Positions 1-13,609 of a DNA stretch of 64,000 bases are shown one piece after another. Source of the DNA: Callorhinchus milii (lineage: Eukaryota); contig NW_024704743.1 of assembly GCF_018977255.1 (NCBI RefSeq), positions 61,010,001 through 61,074,000 on the forward strand, in the 5' to 3' direction. Each line of letters begins with the position of its first letter. Within the stretch, counting starts at the first letter, position 1. Below the pieces are notes generated by a model that searched no databases, was not told the origin of the DNA, and saw only the letters and a list, made by a program, of their open reading frames with translations. Made by a program: the position numbers and the translations under genes.

Positions 1-597
1 ACTCACAAACACAGACGCTCACAAACACACACATAGAGACACACTCACAAATACACAGAGAGAGACACACACACAGACACTCACAAACACAGACGCTCAC
101 AAACACACACAGAGACACACTCACAAGTACACAGAGAGAGACACACACACAGACACTCACAAACACAGACGCTCACAAACACACACATAGAGAGACACAC
201 TCACAAATACACAGAGAGAGACACACACACAGACACTCACAAACACAGACGCTCACAAACACACACATAGAGACACACTCACAAGTACACAGAGAGAGAC
301 ACACACACAGACACTCACAAACACAGACGCTCACAAACACACACATAGAGAGACACACTCACAATAACAGAGAGAGACACACACACAGACACTCACAAAC
401 ACAGACGCTCACAAACACACACATAGAAAGACACACTCACAAGTACACAGAGAGAGACACACACACAGACACTCACAAACACACACACTCACAAACACAT
501 TGAGACACAGACACTCACAAACACACACACAGAGATACTCACAAACACAGACACACAGACACTCACAAACACACACACACATAGAGAGAGACACACA
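1..597. repeat. CA/GA-rich higher-order minisatellite, ~78-bp unit, truncated by the window edge
   Basis: The motif gacgctcacaaa recurs at ~14, 92, 168, 248, 326 and 404 (spacing 76-80 bp); the array decays after ~480. Confidence 0.9.
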
Positions 598-1413
598 GGC
601 AATCTCAACAGGGGGACCTCCGAGTTGAGGCTTGCACCTCACCGCACATGTGTGTCTGGAGCCACCCGGCCCACAATCGTGTCGGATAAACAGCTCACGG
701 AGGCCCGAGGCCAGAAACATCATTTTGTCGCGGTTTTATAGCAGAGGATACTGTTTATAGCGGATTCCGCAGAAAAATTCGGCCACACTTTTTTATTGGC
801 CCAGATTATGAGTTAATTATGGCTGATAAATTTGGAATATTCCACTTTGTCTTCTCTCTAAACTAGTCACACTTTCAACTTTAAATCTTACAAATACAAA
901 TTCACCTTGGGAAAAGTGAAATTCATCATTCCACAATAGTCTGTATAAATATAAACCTGTGCGAGAAGTATCAGCTTTGTTAATCATAAGGGTATATGCA
1001 ATACAAATAGGATAAGAGCAGGAACTTTCAGAAATATTATGTGAAAACCTAAGCAATGTTAAACATAGAACAAAAACATTAACCAACTTGAATAACTGGA
1101 TCAGGTAACTAATGTCAATGATTTGGTAGCAACAATGCCTACTCTACATGCTAAATAATACACACAAGACTCCTCTACGCAGTTACTAATTGAGAGGGTC
1201 ATATGATTTATTTGATACAGCATCCAGGGTTTTCTCCTTTAAGGTTAGAAATTGAATGATTTTGGAGTTGTCAGGGAAGTTCTATGTGGTGTTCATAATA
1301 GGGAATTAACCTCGTCTACGATATTACAAATGGAGAGAATAATGTTGCAGGTGAACATGAAAATTCTGAATGTAGTGTATGTTACACCAATTGCTTGCAT
1401 TGTTTAACACTTT

Positions 1414-1587
1414 AATAATAATCCTTGCATCTGATATAGCGCTTTTCTCGCCTTCTAGATGTCCCAAAGCGCTTCACAAAATATACTGTAAAGTGAATTG
1501 ACTGTATATTTGTGGGCGTACGCGGCAGCCAATTGCGCACAGCAATGTCCCACAAACAGTCGTAGACTGAAAATGACCAATTTATAG
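1414..1587 (-). mobile_element. 5'-truncated Deu-domain SINE (young family)
   Basis: (taa)n tail, ccttgcatctgatatagcgc and core gcagccaattgcgcacagcaatgtcccacaaacag, shared with the full copies in this window. Confidence 0.85.
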
Positions 1588-2264
1588 TTCACAGTTGTGT
1601 GTTAGTTTATGAAATTTACTCGACAATTGACATCTGCTTTTTCCTGTTGATTCTTACTCTGATACAGAACTCACTAAAGAAGCTCAGCCCGTGATATTAG
1701 GATCTGCAAGTTAAAATGGCGTGGGTACGGCAATCAATCACAAAGTGCTCTGTTGCCAATCACAGATTTCCTGTGAACCTCTTATAGCGAAACCAGATAT
1801 AATGATCCTTTTCCCATGTCCCCAGCGTGTTTGTTATACTGAGGTCAGCCTATATTTGAGTATTAAAGGATCACTAAAGGAGATGGAATGTGATTGTGGA
1901 AAGGAAGTTGTCAACTGATTTCTGAAATAATTCCCCCTCTGCTGGCCAGAACATCCTACGATATATAATTTAGGACAGGAGTGATTGTGCAGTGGGAGCT
2001 TGATCCTCCATCTAACACATTAAAAACCCAAACTTGTGTTGTTTGATGCAGATATTGGGCAGAAAAGTAGAAACATTTGTTTCCCAGCAATAACCATTCA
2101 GTTTGGTTAAAATTCATCAAAATAATTTAATCTTTCCTTCATTCAATAACATTAAACATGAATTATAGGTATGTGTAATACTGTTGTTTTTAAAAAAAGG
2201 AGACTCCTCTTCTGGTGCCTTTAATTACTTTTCTTCAACAAACAGGATTGAATTGAACAGTTCA

Positions 2265-2398
2265 GGCAGGTCTGACAGAAAGTCATAGACTTGAAATGTT
2301 AACTAATTTTCCTCTCTCCATGGAACTGACTGACTGCAAGTTCCCAGCAACTTCTGTGTTTATACCAGATTTCTAGCATCTGCAGTACTTTGCGTTTT
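2265..2398 (+). mobile_element. Probable Penelope-like terminal remnant with a degenerate hammerhead-like motif
   Basis: ctgacag-a-aagtc-ata-gactt-gaaa-tgttaac...ccagatttctagcatctgcagtactttg resembles Penelope-type termini as I recall them. Confidence 0.5.
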
Positions 2399-2523
2399 GA
2401 GGATTGTATTGAAGTTTGTTATGAAAATATTGAGGGGTTAAAAGCCAACCCTGTATTTAAGAGAAAAGGATTCACTAATTGTTGCTACAAACACAAGGTC
2501 TGCTTAAACCCAGTCAGGTTATG

Positions 2524-2835
2524 TAATAATAATAATCCTTGCATCTGATATAGCGCTTTTCACGTCTTCTAGACGTCTCAAAGCGCTTCACAGAATAGAC
2601 TATAAAGTGAATTGACTGTATATTTGTGGGCGAAACGCGGCAGCCAATTGCGCACAGCAGTGTCCCACAAACAGTTGTGGATTGAAAATGACCAATTTAT
2701 TATTGTTTGTTTTGGAGGGATTATTATTAGGTGTGTGGAGTAAGGAAACTTGCCCAAGGTTCCGCCCTGCCTGGAATTGAACCCAGGTGTCTCGCTTGCA
2801 AGGCGAGTGCTCTCACCACTGAGCTACAGGACTTC
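2524..2835 (-). mobile_element. Full-length tRNA-derived Deu-domain SINE
   Basis: Reverse strand shows A-box tagctcagtgg, B-box ggttcaattcc, Deu-like core and (tta)n tail. Confidence 0.9.
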
Positions 2836-2877
2836 AGTAACAGGACTCAGTTATTGCTGAAACAAACATTCAAAGTT

Positions 2878-3260
2878 CTGGTGTTCAGCTTGGCTCAGTC
2901 AGTAGCACTCTCTTTGAGTCAGAGAAGTCACCCCCAAGTTGGGACTTTGAACTCACAGTCAATGCTGGGGGTGTGCTGCACTGTCAAAGGTGTCAACTTT
3001 CAAATGAGATGTTAAATTGATGTCGGTTTGCCTGTTCAGGTGGACATTAAAGATCAAAAAGAGAAGGGAGTTTCTCTCGATGTCCTCGTCAACAATCTCC
3101 CAAATAAAATTGTTCATTCACTTCATGGCTATTTGTGGGACATTTCTGTACAAAGATTTGTTGTCGAATTTGCCTACAAATATATAGTCATTACAACTGA
3201 CAATAAAATCCTGTGAAGTGCTTTGAGACATCTTGACAATGTGATAAGGCTCTACATCAT
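2878..3260 (+). mobile_element. Older, diverged DeuSINE (SacSINE1/AmnSINE1-like)
   Basis: ttggctcagtcagtagcactct head; gtgctgcactgtcaaaggtg...caggtggacattaaagatc body; tgtgaagtgctttgagaca...gataaggctcta tail. Confidence 0.65.
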
Positions 3261-3284
3261 ATGAAAAGATATTTGCTAATTTAA

Positions 3285-3600
3285 CAATAATATCCTTGTA
3301 TTTGATATAGCATCTTATCACATCAAACCATCTGAAAGTGCTTCATAGAGTTTCTGTAAAGTGTAGTGGCTGTATTTATAGGTGAATGCAGTAGTCAATT
3401 ACACACAAATAATCGTCTAGTTACTGACCAAATGAACTGGATGATTGATTTCCAAGACATCAGAAGAAACTCCCTTCCCTTTTAAATCACGTTGTTGGAT
3501 TTTTAAAATACACCTGAAGGTAGACAGACCTTCTCCTCCACTCAGAAGTACTTGAAAGGCATTGGACTGGAGTGTAATCTTTTCATATAAATCCAACAAA
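3285..3600 (-). mobile_element. Older, diverged DeuSINE
   Basis: Tail (ccttgtatttgatatagc) plus reverse-complemented body (gaaactccct...ggattttt...cacctga). Confidence 0.55.
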
Positions 3601-4867
3601 TTAGACTTGGTATTGAAATACCAAAGGTCAAGCCCTAATGATTTATGGAGGATTTGTTGAATGAGATCGTTATAGCAATTATATTTTATGGTTACAAAAA
3701 GCTGTGTAAAAACAGACTTGCTGCATTTATACTTGCACAACTGGCTATCTTAAACACAGCCAGAAAGTGTTACAAAATGCACAGCAGGGTTTCAAAATCC
3801 ACATAAAGGATTTCAAAATATTTGAAGGAAGTGTAAGTTATACATGCATTATTAAGTGCCTTCTCATATGAGGGTTAGAATTAGTGACCTATATATTTGT
3901 GTACAAAACAAAATTCTGCTGGTGCCTATTTCTAATGAAACACTGGGTATATTTAAACAAAATTGGAAAAGGCAATTCAAATTCCTATTTCATTTTTTAT
4001 TGCTTACATTTCTGAAGTACCACTAAAAAGCCAGAAGTCTTCAGATCCACATTTTGTACACACGCACATCCAGTATTTAGTCTGATATAACTATAAACCT
4101 TCAATTATTTTAACACAAAATTTTCCAACTTTTTAAGCACACCTGATTTGACAACAATGCTGCATTATTTTTACCTTGTTTCAACAACAACAACTTGTAT
4201 TATATAGAGAACTTCATGGTGGGTAGTGTCTTAGTGCGCTTTGTGCACGTGCAATGAATGTGGAAACTCTGACTGGTGATCCTGCCCCGTTATAATACTT
4301 GTTGAGATTTAATCGTCTCCAACTTGTGTTATAACAGGCCTCCGGTATAGGTTATAGTCCGATAAGTACATATGTAATTTTTCTTTCCATTTATATAGAG
4401 AATCTGGTTTTGTATGAACTGTTAGCATCCAAATTATTCTTTGCTACATTCTTTGCTTTTTCCCCTTCTTTCTCTGGTTCAATAACTATTGACACTAAGT
4501 GAAATTATGAAAACCTACTTCAGCTAGATTCTGGAGGATCTGTTGAATATTTGGAACAATACCGCAGCAAGTGTTCACCCTTTAGGATACAAGGGCAGAG
4601 GAAAAAGGACCATTGCTTTTTGAATTAAATGGCAACTGCATTGTCCAATTCTAGAACAAACAGTGCTCCAACCACCCACTGTGCTGCTCTGCTGAGTAGA
4701 CTGACGATTGACAATAGTTTGTGTCCCACAGGAAATGATGGTCTAATGAGGTCCAGTGCATTCCTATCTATTCTCCTACTATCTATTCTGCTCGGCAAGC
4801 ACCTTCAGTTGGTCAACCTACGAGCACTGTTAATGTGCTTCAGAATAACGGGCAATATGAATATGTC

Positions 4868-5185
4868 AACAACAGCAACAACTTGCACTTATACAGCACC
4901 CTACACACAGGGTAGTGTCTCAGAGCGCTTAACAGTGGCGGAGTCTGACTCCGAGCTTGGGGGAGGAGGGAGGTGGTCGTAAGAGGAAAGTTTTCAGGCG
5001 AGACTTGAAAGAGGGGAGAGAGAAGGCAAGGCAGAGGGATTGAGGGAGTGTTCCAGATTTTCGGAGCATACTGGCTGAAAGCGCAACCAGTGGAGGGTGT
5101 GAGGGACAAACAGGAGACTGGTGCCAGTCGAGTGGAGGCGCCGGCTGGTGGATTGGGGGGTGAGAAGTTCGGAGAGGTCATAATG
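4868..5185 (-). mobile_element. L2 LINE 3' fragment
   Basis: (caa)n tail on the + strand; ORF 4840-5181 contains AFSQYAPKIWN, the L2 ORF2 C-terminal motif. Confidence 0.8.
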
Positions 5186-5697
5186 AATGGGCAATACTAC
5201 ACTTCATAATAAATGGGCAATAAAATAATACTGGCTGGCTGTAAGCCTAGAACAATTTAAATTTGGATTGCAGCCATGCTGGGAACTTATTGAGAAAGTT
5301 AAGCAGAATAAATTACTCAAATGCTAGTTTCCTATTATGTGTTGGACTTCACCATGGAAAAGCCTCCAACATGACTTCATATTCCTTTTAAAACCATCAT
5401 TCCAACACAGCAGCTGTGTGCAAGTTTCAAACAAATAATCATTCCCAACAGCTGTGAAAGCCTTGTTATTTCCCTTCAATAGTCATTTAAGCACTGACAG
5501 CAATTTAATGGAGAACAGACCGCACCTGTCAGCTACATCCAGTGTGCTTGATCAGCTATCTTGTTTACCAATAGTCAAAACACAAGCGTGTTGTACAAAG
5601 CCACTATAGACTACTGAAAAGCAAAAGACAAAGTATTAAAAAAGTTGAACAAACTGCTGTAAATATAAAGAGAAACAATTAGATGCAAATTTAAATG

Positions 5698-5946
5698 CAA
5701 GGGAATCCTATTATAATGCCCTTCGATAGAGTGCTGCCTCACTTATAAGGTGGAGAGATTCCAGACCCCAACATTTATTATTGATCACTGTGTGCATCCC
5801 CGAACAAGCAGTACATAGCGAACCCATTCAGCTGGCAAGTCATGAACACAGAAGAGCTTGCCAGTGACAACTGCTTTGTGCCCCCAATTAGAATGCAGGT
5901 TGATTTTTTCTGGATCCAAACAGCCCCATTATAACAGGGTTCCCCT
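5698..5946. mobile_element. ~250-bp MITE, Tc1/mariner-pogo (Tigger)-like
   Basis: Imperfect TIRs aagggaatcctattataatg (5699-5718) and cattataacagggttcccct (5927-5946); a similar end occurs at ~61341. Confidence 0.6.
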
Positions 5947-7829
5947 ATAGTTAATTTACAAACAAAATCCACCAAGTATTCCAGACAATGTTATGAAAAA
6001 TCCAATATGCCTTGATTATTACTGACAAAATGCAGTCAAACCAGTTGATAACTAACCGCCATTCAGATCAGTGCACTGGTTGGTCCCAATGCCAGCTCTA
6101 AGATTTCAGCAACTGCTCAGAAGTGAATTGACAAAACACACAGTCAATTCACTTTACAGTATATTCTGTGAAGCACTTTGAGATATCTCGAAGACGTGAT
6201 AAGGTGCTATACCAAACGCAAGGATTATTATTATTATTCCAAAAGTGGAATATGTGTTTTAGTGCCACTTCAGGGAATATAAATTTAACTCAATTTGAGT
6301 AGGAATTCATGTTTAAAATGTTGCACTTTGTATTTAAAAAAAGTCAGGATTACTCAAATGGTTATGAATGCCGAAATATGCCTGCAAATCTTTGTTCACT
6401 TAAAACTCTGAAGCTCTTTAAGACATTCTCTCATTGTGAAAATTGCCAGATTAAATGTAAGGATTATTATTATTTTGAAGGAGTACAACAAGGCACTTAT
6501 GTAAAATTGGAAACGTATTAAAAGGTATTTCTTAGTTTAAAAATTATTTAGGACAGATCACTTTTGGAATCATTTAACTGACTTTCAAATGTTGTTGTTC
6601 GCAATATGCAAATGCAGTGTTTTGTCCTTGATCAGAACAGCATTTATTCTGCAACCAATTCAAAACAGATAGGAAGCATCATGTCTTTATAATCACCGAG
6701 CTGCAAGGAGTGAAATGGCCTTGTTCTTCACAGTATTAAGTACATGACATCAAGTACGTAAATAGACAGATTTACAGCAAAGCGAGTTTACATTCATTTA
6801 GTAAGCAAGTGCACAACTTTTTTNGTCAAGTTTAAATTGCAAATTTAGTTACAAATTTAACAGGGTTTGATTGAATATCTGAACTTTACCAATATTAATT
6901 TACAGAGTCTGTATGTAAGGTATCATCACTGCTTCTATCTGAACCTGCATAGCAAACAGATCGTGCCATGACATTTAATTCAACGAAGAAGCAATCAGGA
7001 GAGCAATTATCCAGCAAACAATAATACAACTGTCTGTTAGTGCTCAATTGCACACGCATGTTGCATTTGGTTTGTTAGTCAAATAATGATTTCCTTGTGT
7101 TCTACATTTTTCCTGCTGTGTCAAAGTGCTACCCCATTAGGCAAACAGTTGTAGGCATTCATTACTGCTTTACTGTGCTCTGCTCTTCTTATTTGATTAA
7201 TTTGTTGCTTTTCTAATATAATTTATTTTGGGGAAAAAAGTATGTAAAATTGTTAACGTTTCACTCTTATTCCCGTTAATGGAATTTGAAATGAATAGTT
7301 TTAAAAGTGGAATATATTGTGAAGAAAATAACAAACTGCCAGGGGTTCATATGCTGGAGCACAGGACTCTTAGCTTTTCTTTGAATGTAGTCTAAATTGA
7401 CATTCATACAGGTTTCCCAGGGTGAGGTCTTGCTGGGCTTAGCTGAGCCGTGTGTAAAGGAAACTGGTCAGGAAATAATGTGTTCCTCAAACTTAATTCC
7501 TAATAATTGACCAATATGAATACTGAAATGTTATCCTCTAACAAAATACATATGATGTTGCTGTGAGAACACATAGGTCTTTAAAATGTTGAGAACAAAG
7601 ATGCATGCAGAGTTTAAAGAACATAAGCGTAAAACTAACAAGCCTCAAACCAGACTGGATAAATTAGGAGCACATCCCCCCACCCCCTGTGGAAAATGGG
7701 CAACAACAACAAAATTACATTTATAGAGCGCCTTTCATGTCGGGAGGATATCCCAAACTGGGCACATAAAACAGCCCTCAGTAAAACTATTTAATACTAT
7801 GTAATGCAAACCTCTTAGCCGCTGAGAAC

Positions 7830-8430
7830 ATTATTCATGTATTCATCATGTTGAGGCTTAACGAGTCAATGTTTGCGCGTCTTTCACTCTTCCTTCCACA
7901 GGCTACAGACCATCCAGAACTCTGTAGCTTGAGTCCTCCCCTCCACCAAACTCCACGAGACTATCACTGCTATCCTCATCTGGCTCCATTAACTCCCCAT
8001 CCCCAGAGGATTGTTCAAGATCCTTGTCCTCACTTTTAAACCCCTCTACGTTCTTGCCCTATCCTACCTCTTCAAGCTTCTTAAACTCTACCAACCCACT
8101 CGTTCCCTACCCTTGGTAAGCACTAGCCCGCTTCATATCCCATCTGCCCATCCCACCATCAGCTGTCGGGCATTCAGCCTGTTTGCCCCCACTCTCCGGA
8201 ACTCCATACCTTCACCTTGTCCCTTCCCTCGTCTCTTGAAGGTGCATCTCAAGACTTCCTCTAGGACCAAGCCTTTGCTCATCGTCCCCCCACCACCCCA
8301 CATGTTCCCCCCACCCCCACATGTCCCCCACCACCCCCCCAGCCCCAACCCTTTTGCCCTCACCCCCCCTGAATCCAAACCCCAGTTTAGGTGCAAACCC
8401 TTGAATGTTCAGTGCAGTCAACCGGATTAG
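7830..8430 (+). mobile_element. L2 LINE 3' fragment, degraded
   Basis: ORF 8011-8430: FKILVLTFK...RAFSLFAPTLRNSIP. Confidence 0.85.
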
Positions 8431-8839
8431 TTCTGTGCTTTTGATAAGACACCTTTGTTGCTCAGAGAAAGTAAGAGCACTAAAACATGACAAAGTAGTA
8501 AAATGGCTCTACGGCATGCTAGAAAACCATGGTGTATACCGGGGAGGACGCTTTGTAATATGAAGGCAAAATTTATTTCTGAGAAAGTGGAAGAACACTA
8601 TGGTATTTATAAAAATGGTACAACCATTCACATGAAACCATTAGGTCTATCCTATCTGTGCCATGCTAGCTTCGTACTGGAGTAAACTACTGTATTCTGA
8701 TTCTATTTTAATGCTCCCCCCTATGCCATTTATATCTTTATTCCCTTAAAATATAATTGACTCAGCTTCCAGAGCAACTTGTAATAATGATTCCAGATCC
8801 TAATAACTGTAAAAAAAAGCTTGTCTAACTTTTTCTTTA

Positions 8840-9685
8840 CAACAAAATTACATTTATAGAGCGGCTTTCACATCAGGAGGAAGTCCCAAGGTGCTGGACA
8901 GTCAGGGCTCAGAACCCGATCATGGGGGAGGGGTGGGGAAGGGGGAGGGAAGGCAGAGAGGTGGGAGGGCGATTGAAGGCACGATCGAAGAGTGGGGTCT
9001 TGAGACTGGCCTTGAAGGAGGCAAGGGAGGAAGCGAAGCGAAGGGACTGTGGGATGGAATTCCAGAGTGTGGGGGCAAAGAGGCTGAAAGCACGACCACC
9101 GATGGTAGGGCGGGTCGGGCGGGAGACATGGAGCAGGCCGGAGCCCGCTGAACGGAGGGAGCGGGCAGGTTGGTAGGGAGTCAGCAAGTCAGAGAGGTAA
9201 GAGGGGGCAAGGCCATGGATGGCCTTGAAAGTGAGGACGAGGATCTTGAATTCAATCCTCTTGGGGATGGGGAGCCAGTGGAGTCAGGTGAGGGTGGGAG
9301 TGATAGGGTCACGGAGCCTGGTGTACAAGAGTTTTGGATGATCTGCAGCTTGTGAAGGGAAGAGTTAGGAAGGCCGATGAGGAGGGAGTTCCTGTAATCG
9401 AGCATTGATGTGACAAATGCGTGGGTGAGGGTCTCGGCAGCCTGAGGGGTGAGGCAGTGGTGGAGTCTGGCAATGTTGTGGAAGCAGTGGTAGGCAGTGC
9501 TGGTCATGGTGCGGATGTGGGAGAGAAAGGACAGTTCAGGGTCAAACAAGACACCCAGGTTTCTGACTGGCTTAGTGAGGTTGAGTGTGCAGCCGTGGAG
9601 GCTGATGCTGCCAGTGCCCGAGGTGCGGAGGTGCTGACACGAGCCAATCAGCAGGGCCTCGGTCTTGCTGACGTTCAGTTGGACT
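8840..9685 (-). mobile_element. L2 LINE 3' portion
   Basis: ORFs with HAFVTSMLDYRNSLLIGLP and GGRAFSLFAPTLWNSIP; L2 3' tail at ~8840. Confidence 0.9.
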
Positions 9686-12079
9686 GTATGCTGACTTTAT
9701 GCTGCTAACCTCAATATACAAATGAATATAGTATATAGTAAAGCAGTGCAAAACAAAATGCCTTAATATTTCTTAGATTATAACATTCCACTCATGACTT
9801 GCTCTGAATTATGGCCATGAATTCTAATAGCTTAATTTGTCAAATGTGCGAAGAATCTATTCCTCTACCAAACTCTAGCCTTCCTTTGAATTCTGACCTG
9901 AGACTCCCCAGCACCAGTATTCTTCACCTTGATTAGCGTTAAATGCTTCCAAAAACACTTTTTTTTACAAAAAGCTTCTCAGAAAAAATACTTTCCTTTT
10001 CAGCTGCAGAGTTTGTTCAAACTATAATTTTTCATTCCTTACAATGGGCTGGGAATATTAAGGCTACTGTATATTACCGTGGTTCACATTAGCAGTAAGG
10101 ATTGAACATGGGTCTTTCTTGATCTCTTTGGCCTAGTGCCACACTACACTAAGTATTTATTCACTTAGCAATGGGGTAGGGAGGGAAGAGGCCTAGTTTA
10201 ACATTTATTGTATTTGGTTTATTGATTTATCTTCTTAATAAAAAAAATCAAGTGCATGTCTATGCACCGGGTGTTAAATCAAACTTAATGGTACAACCGC
10301 AAATTCTTGACTGGAGGAATACCTACTAAGAGCTGATGTTCCGGCAAAGTCTTTGAAGTCAGCAGTACATCACGCTAATATTCTCCATAAGAAATGCTAG
10401 ACGAAAAAATACCAAGGTCCATCTAGTTCGCCTTCCACCTTGCTGGCGGTCGCAAGAATTCTAAGAAGACATTCTTTCTGGGAACGGTTTTAACTATTCA
10501 TCGCAGTAAAACAATGCTAAAATAGTTACTTTGTGGAAAAATAAGCAAATATATATATATATGATTGGGATTTCCTTTCAACGTGAAAGGTGCTATACAA
10601 ATGTAATTTGTTATTGTTGTTGAAAGTCTAATTGCGTTTTTCCACACACAAAAGGTTGAATTTTCTGTGCAGAAATTTTCTATATTAAATTCCCACATGT
10701 CACTTAGCTGTTTAAAGAACAGTAAGGAACAAATTACAAATGGAAAATCCTACATCTTCTTAAGTGTAATCATGAGACATCCTCCTCACGTAAAAGGCAC
10801 TACAATAAATATTAAAAAAGCACTATAAAAACACTATGTCAATGTAAAAATTCGCGATAAAAGCACTACATCAATATAAATTTATAGTGTATTGTAAATG
10901 TTTATAGAATGCATTGAATGGAACCTTCTCCACTCTCCCTAGCTATGTCTTTAAGCAATTCAAGGCTTTTACATTTTAAATAACTTTTATTTCAGGATCC
11001 CTCAGGAATTCTAAAGATCATTTTTGACACGATGGGCCAAATGCCCTTCTTGTGTGCTGTAAATTTCTAATTCACAATTATGTTCTTCCCTGGTATTGTC
11101 AAGAATAACACTGCCAGTGCAGAATGGGAAGCAACTGATTCAACGAAGCACGGTAATTCTAAGTTGTTCCTTAATTTTTTAAAAGATGCTACTAATATAG
11201 AGTTAAATACACTGGTAAATAGAAATAGAAAAAATTGAGCGTTAAAATAAAATCCTTATAATAATTTCGAGAGTATTGAAACTGGTGCAAACACTTGAAT
11301 TTGTCCGTTAAAATATAAAACTGTACATACTCAAGTATGGGACATTCAGTTACTTTAAAATAAACTGCCCCAAATGAGACTACATTCTAAGTTATATTAC
11401 AAAATGATTAAAATAATATGGATTGCACCACAAATCATTCTTAAAAAGCCTGCAGTACAAAATATTCTTATATACTGAAGTATTATCCTAAAGGTCACAA
11501 GGTTTAATGTGTGAAGTTAGTTGGCTATGTGATGCTTTTTATATTTATAATAAAATTCACAACTTCCTCCATTAGGTAATTCTATTCACTACATGTGTTG
11601 TGGTGGATTGAGCTCAAAATACAATATTTTGGAAAAATAAGTCTGATTAAATCTTTCAAGGTACTATATTTCACCGTGATCTGGCATACAACCTTAGACA
11701 ACTCACGAACATGCTGTAATAAATATCAATAATAGTGGCAGCCTAGCATAGTGATCGATGAATCCATCTAAAAATAGTACAAGCAATAGTTCCCACAGAC
11801 ACTTTGGCTTAGTAAAAGTCTATTCACTGTCAGGAATGTGTCAAAGAATATTGAATCCACTCAACATAACAATATGATTAAGGGATACTTTTTTTAAAAA
11901 AGTTGAGATTTACTTCAGTTTACCCATTTTCATTACATTTGAATGTACAAGTACTATTGCGCTAGTAATTCAACACAATTAAAGAAAATTTTAAATGAAG
12001 AAAGGATTACTCAGAACATTACTTAGACAAAAATGTGATAATGCTGCAAATAAACCATTTTTTCTCAAGCCACTGTACA

Positions 12080-12454
12080 TAATAATAATAATCCTTGCAT
12101 TTGATATAGCACCTTATCACATCTTCGAGACATCTCAAAGCACTTCACAGAATATACTGTAAAGTGAATTGACTGTATACTTTGTGGGCGAATGCGGCAG
12201 CCAATTGCGCACTGCAGTGTCCCACAGACAGTCGTGGATTGAGTGACCACATTATTATTTTTTTTTGAAGGAATTATTACCCCCAGAAAAGCGATTCATC
12301 CACCGATCGGCTAACAAGCAGGTTCCTACTTACTGCTACGTAAACAGAGGCATGTGGAGTAAGGAAAGTTGCCCAATGTTTCACCCTGCCCGGGAATTGA
12401 ACCCAGGTCTCTCGCTTGTGAGGCGCGGGTTCTAACAACTGAGATATAAGACTC
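12080..12454 (-). mobile_element. Full-length tRNA-derived Deu-domain SINE (longer variant)
   Basis: Head with B-box ggttcaattcc, internal gcagtaagtaggaacc segment, core and (tta)n tail. Confidence 0.9.
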
Positions 12455-13609
12455 AACACTTCCTTCCATTCAGTGGTCATTGCACAAGGACACACGAGAC
12501 AGAATGTATGAGCCTTAAGGAGAGGCTGAATGGAAGCAAGGGGAGGAGGGAAGAGAGAGGGACGAGGGGGGGCAAGGAGAGCGAGTGAGTGCCACAGCTT
12601 TTCACAGGCTGCTCCTGGCCGCTGTGTAACCGAGCTCGGACACCAGTCATTCGGACCTCAGCATGACAGCTGAAAATGTACATACTCTTGTAAATTCAGT
12701 GAATGGGAATGTCAAAGGAGCCACTGAAAAATCTGCTTTACTACCAAGAGACAATTGCTCAGGAACTAAAACTGCGCAATATAACACATTCAATGAACTT
12801 ACAGCCACTCTTAAATAATCATAACTAGGAAAGTCAAAAGACCTTATGGATGTTTGAGCTTTTGATTGGAGGTAAAATTAAAACACGTTCAGCTGTCATT
12901 CAAAATTAAGACAAAATAGTTCACCATTTACACGGTTACACAAATCCTCTCAAACAGATTGTACAATACAAATGTGCTGAAGCTTTACGATCCGTAATGG
13001 CAAATTGAAATCAATCATAAGGTCAGCGCTTCATTTTGAATTTCATCAAATGCCCTCATTGTCAAATGACCATTAAATCAATAATTGAAAGCAAATTTTA
13101 AAAAAAAACTAGCCAACCCTTCTTACATTTCTGAAATAGATGCTTCCACCATTGTCCTCTACAAATCCTACAGTACTTTATTGGTGGTTGAACATTTCTT
13201 TTGTTGCAAAGTTTCAGACAAATATATTGCACTACTGTTTGTCCGACAAGAAATATCTGAATACAAATACTCTATATTAGGTTCATATGAGCAACAATCC
13301 TGTATTGGATTCAAAAATGAAGCTAGGGGGCCATTACATTTTAATTCTTTACGACCAGCAAACCTCTTAAAGATTATAACAAACCTCCATTAGGAAGATT
13401 TGGATCTTATGAAACACAACCAAGTCACCTGATATTGAACAGACTTCCATTAGACAATACAAATACACAAAGAAAGCCAGATATCTGTCCTAATTGGGAC
13501 CGTCCTATTGCAGATGCGGACATTACAATATCACTCAAGATACAAATTGATTAAAAGCGCTAGTTAAAACATATTCCATCAGGAGTTATACTGTCACGAC
13601 AATGTGCCA

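Noticed and set aside
173..723. Cys/Val-rich ORFs
   Set aside because: They are translations of the CA/GA minisatellite.
6824..6824. Single ambiguous base (n)
   Set aside because: An assembly or base-calling ambiguity at the end of a T run, not biology.
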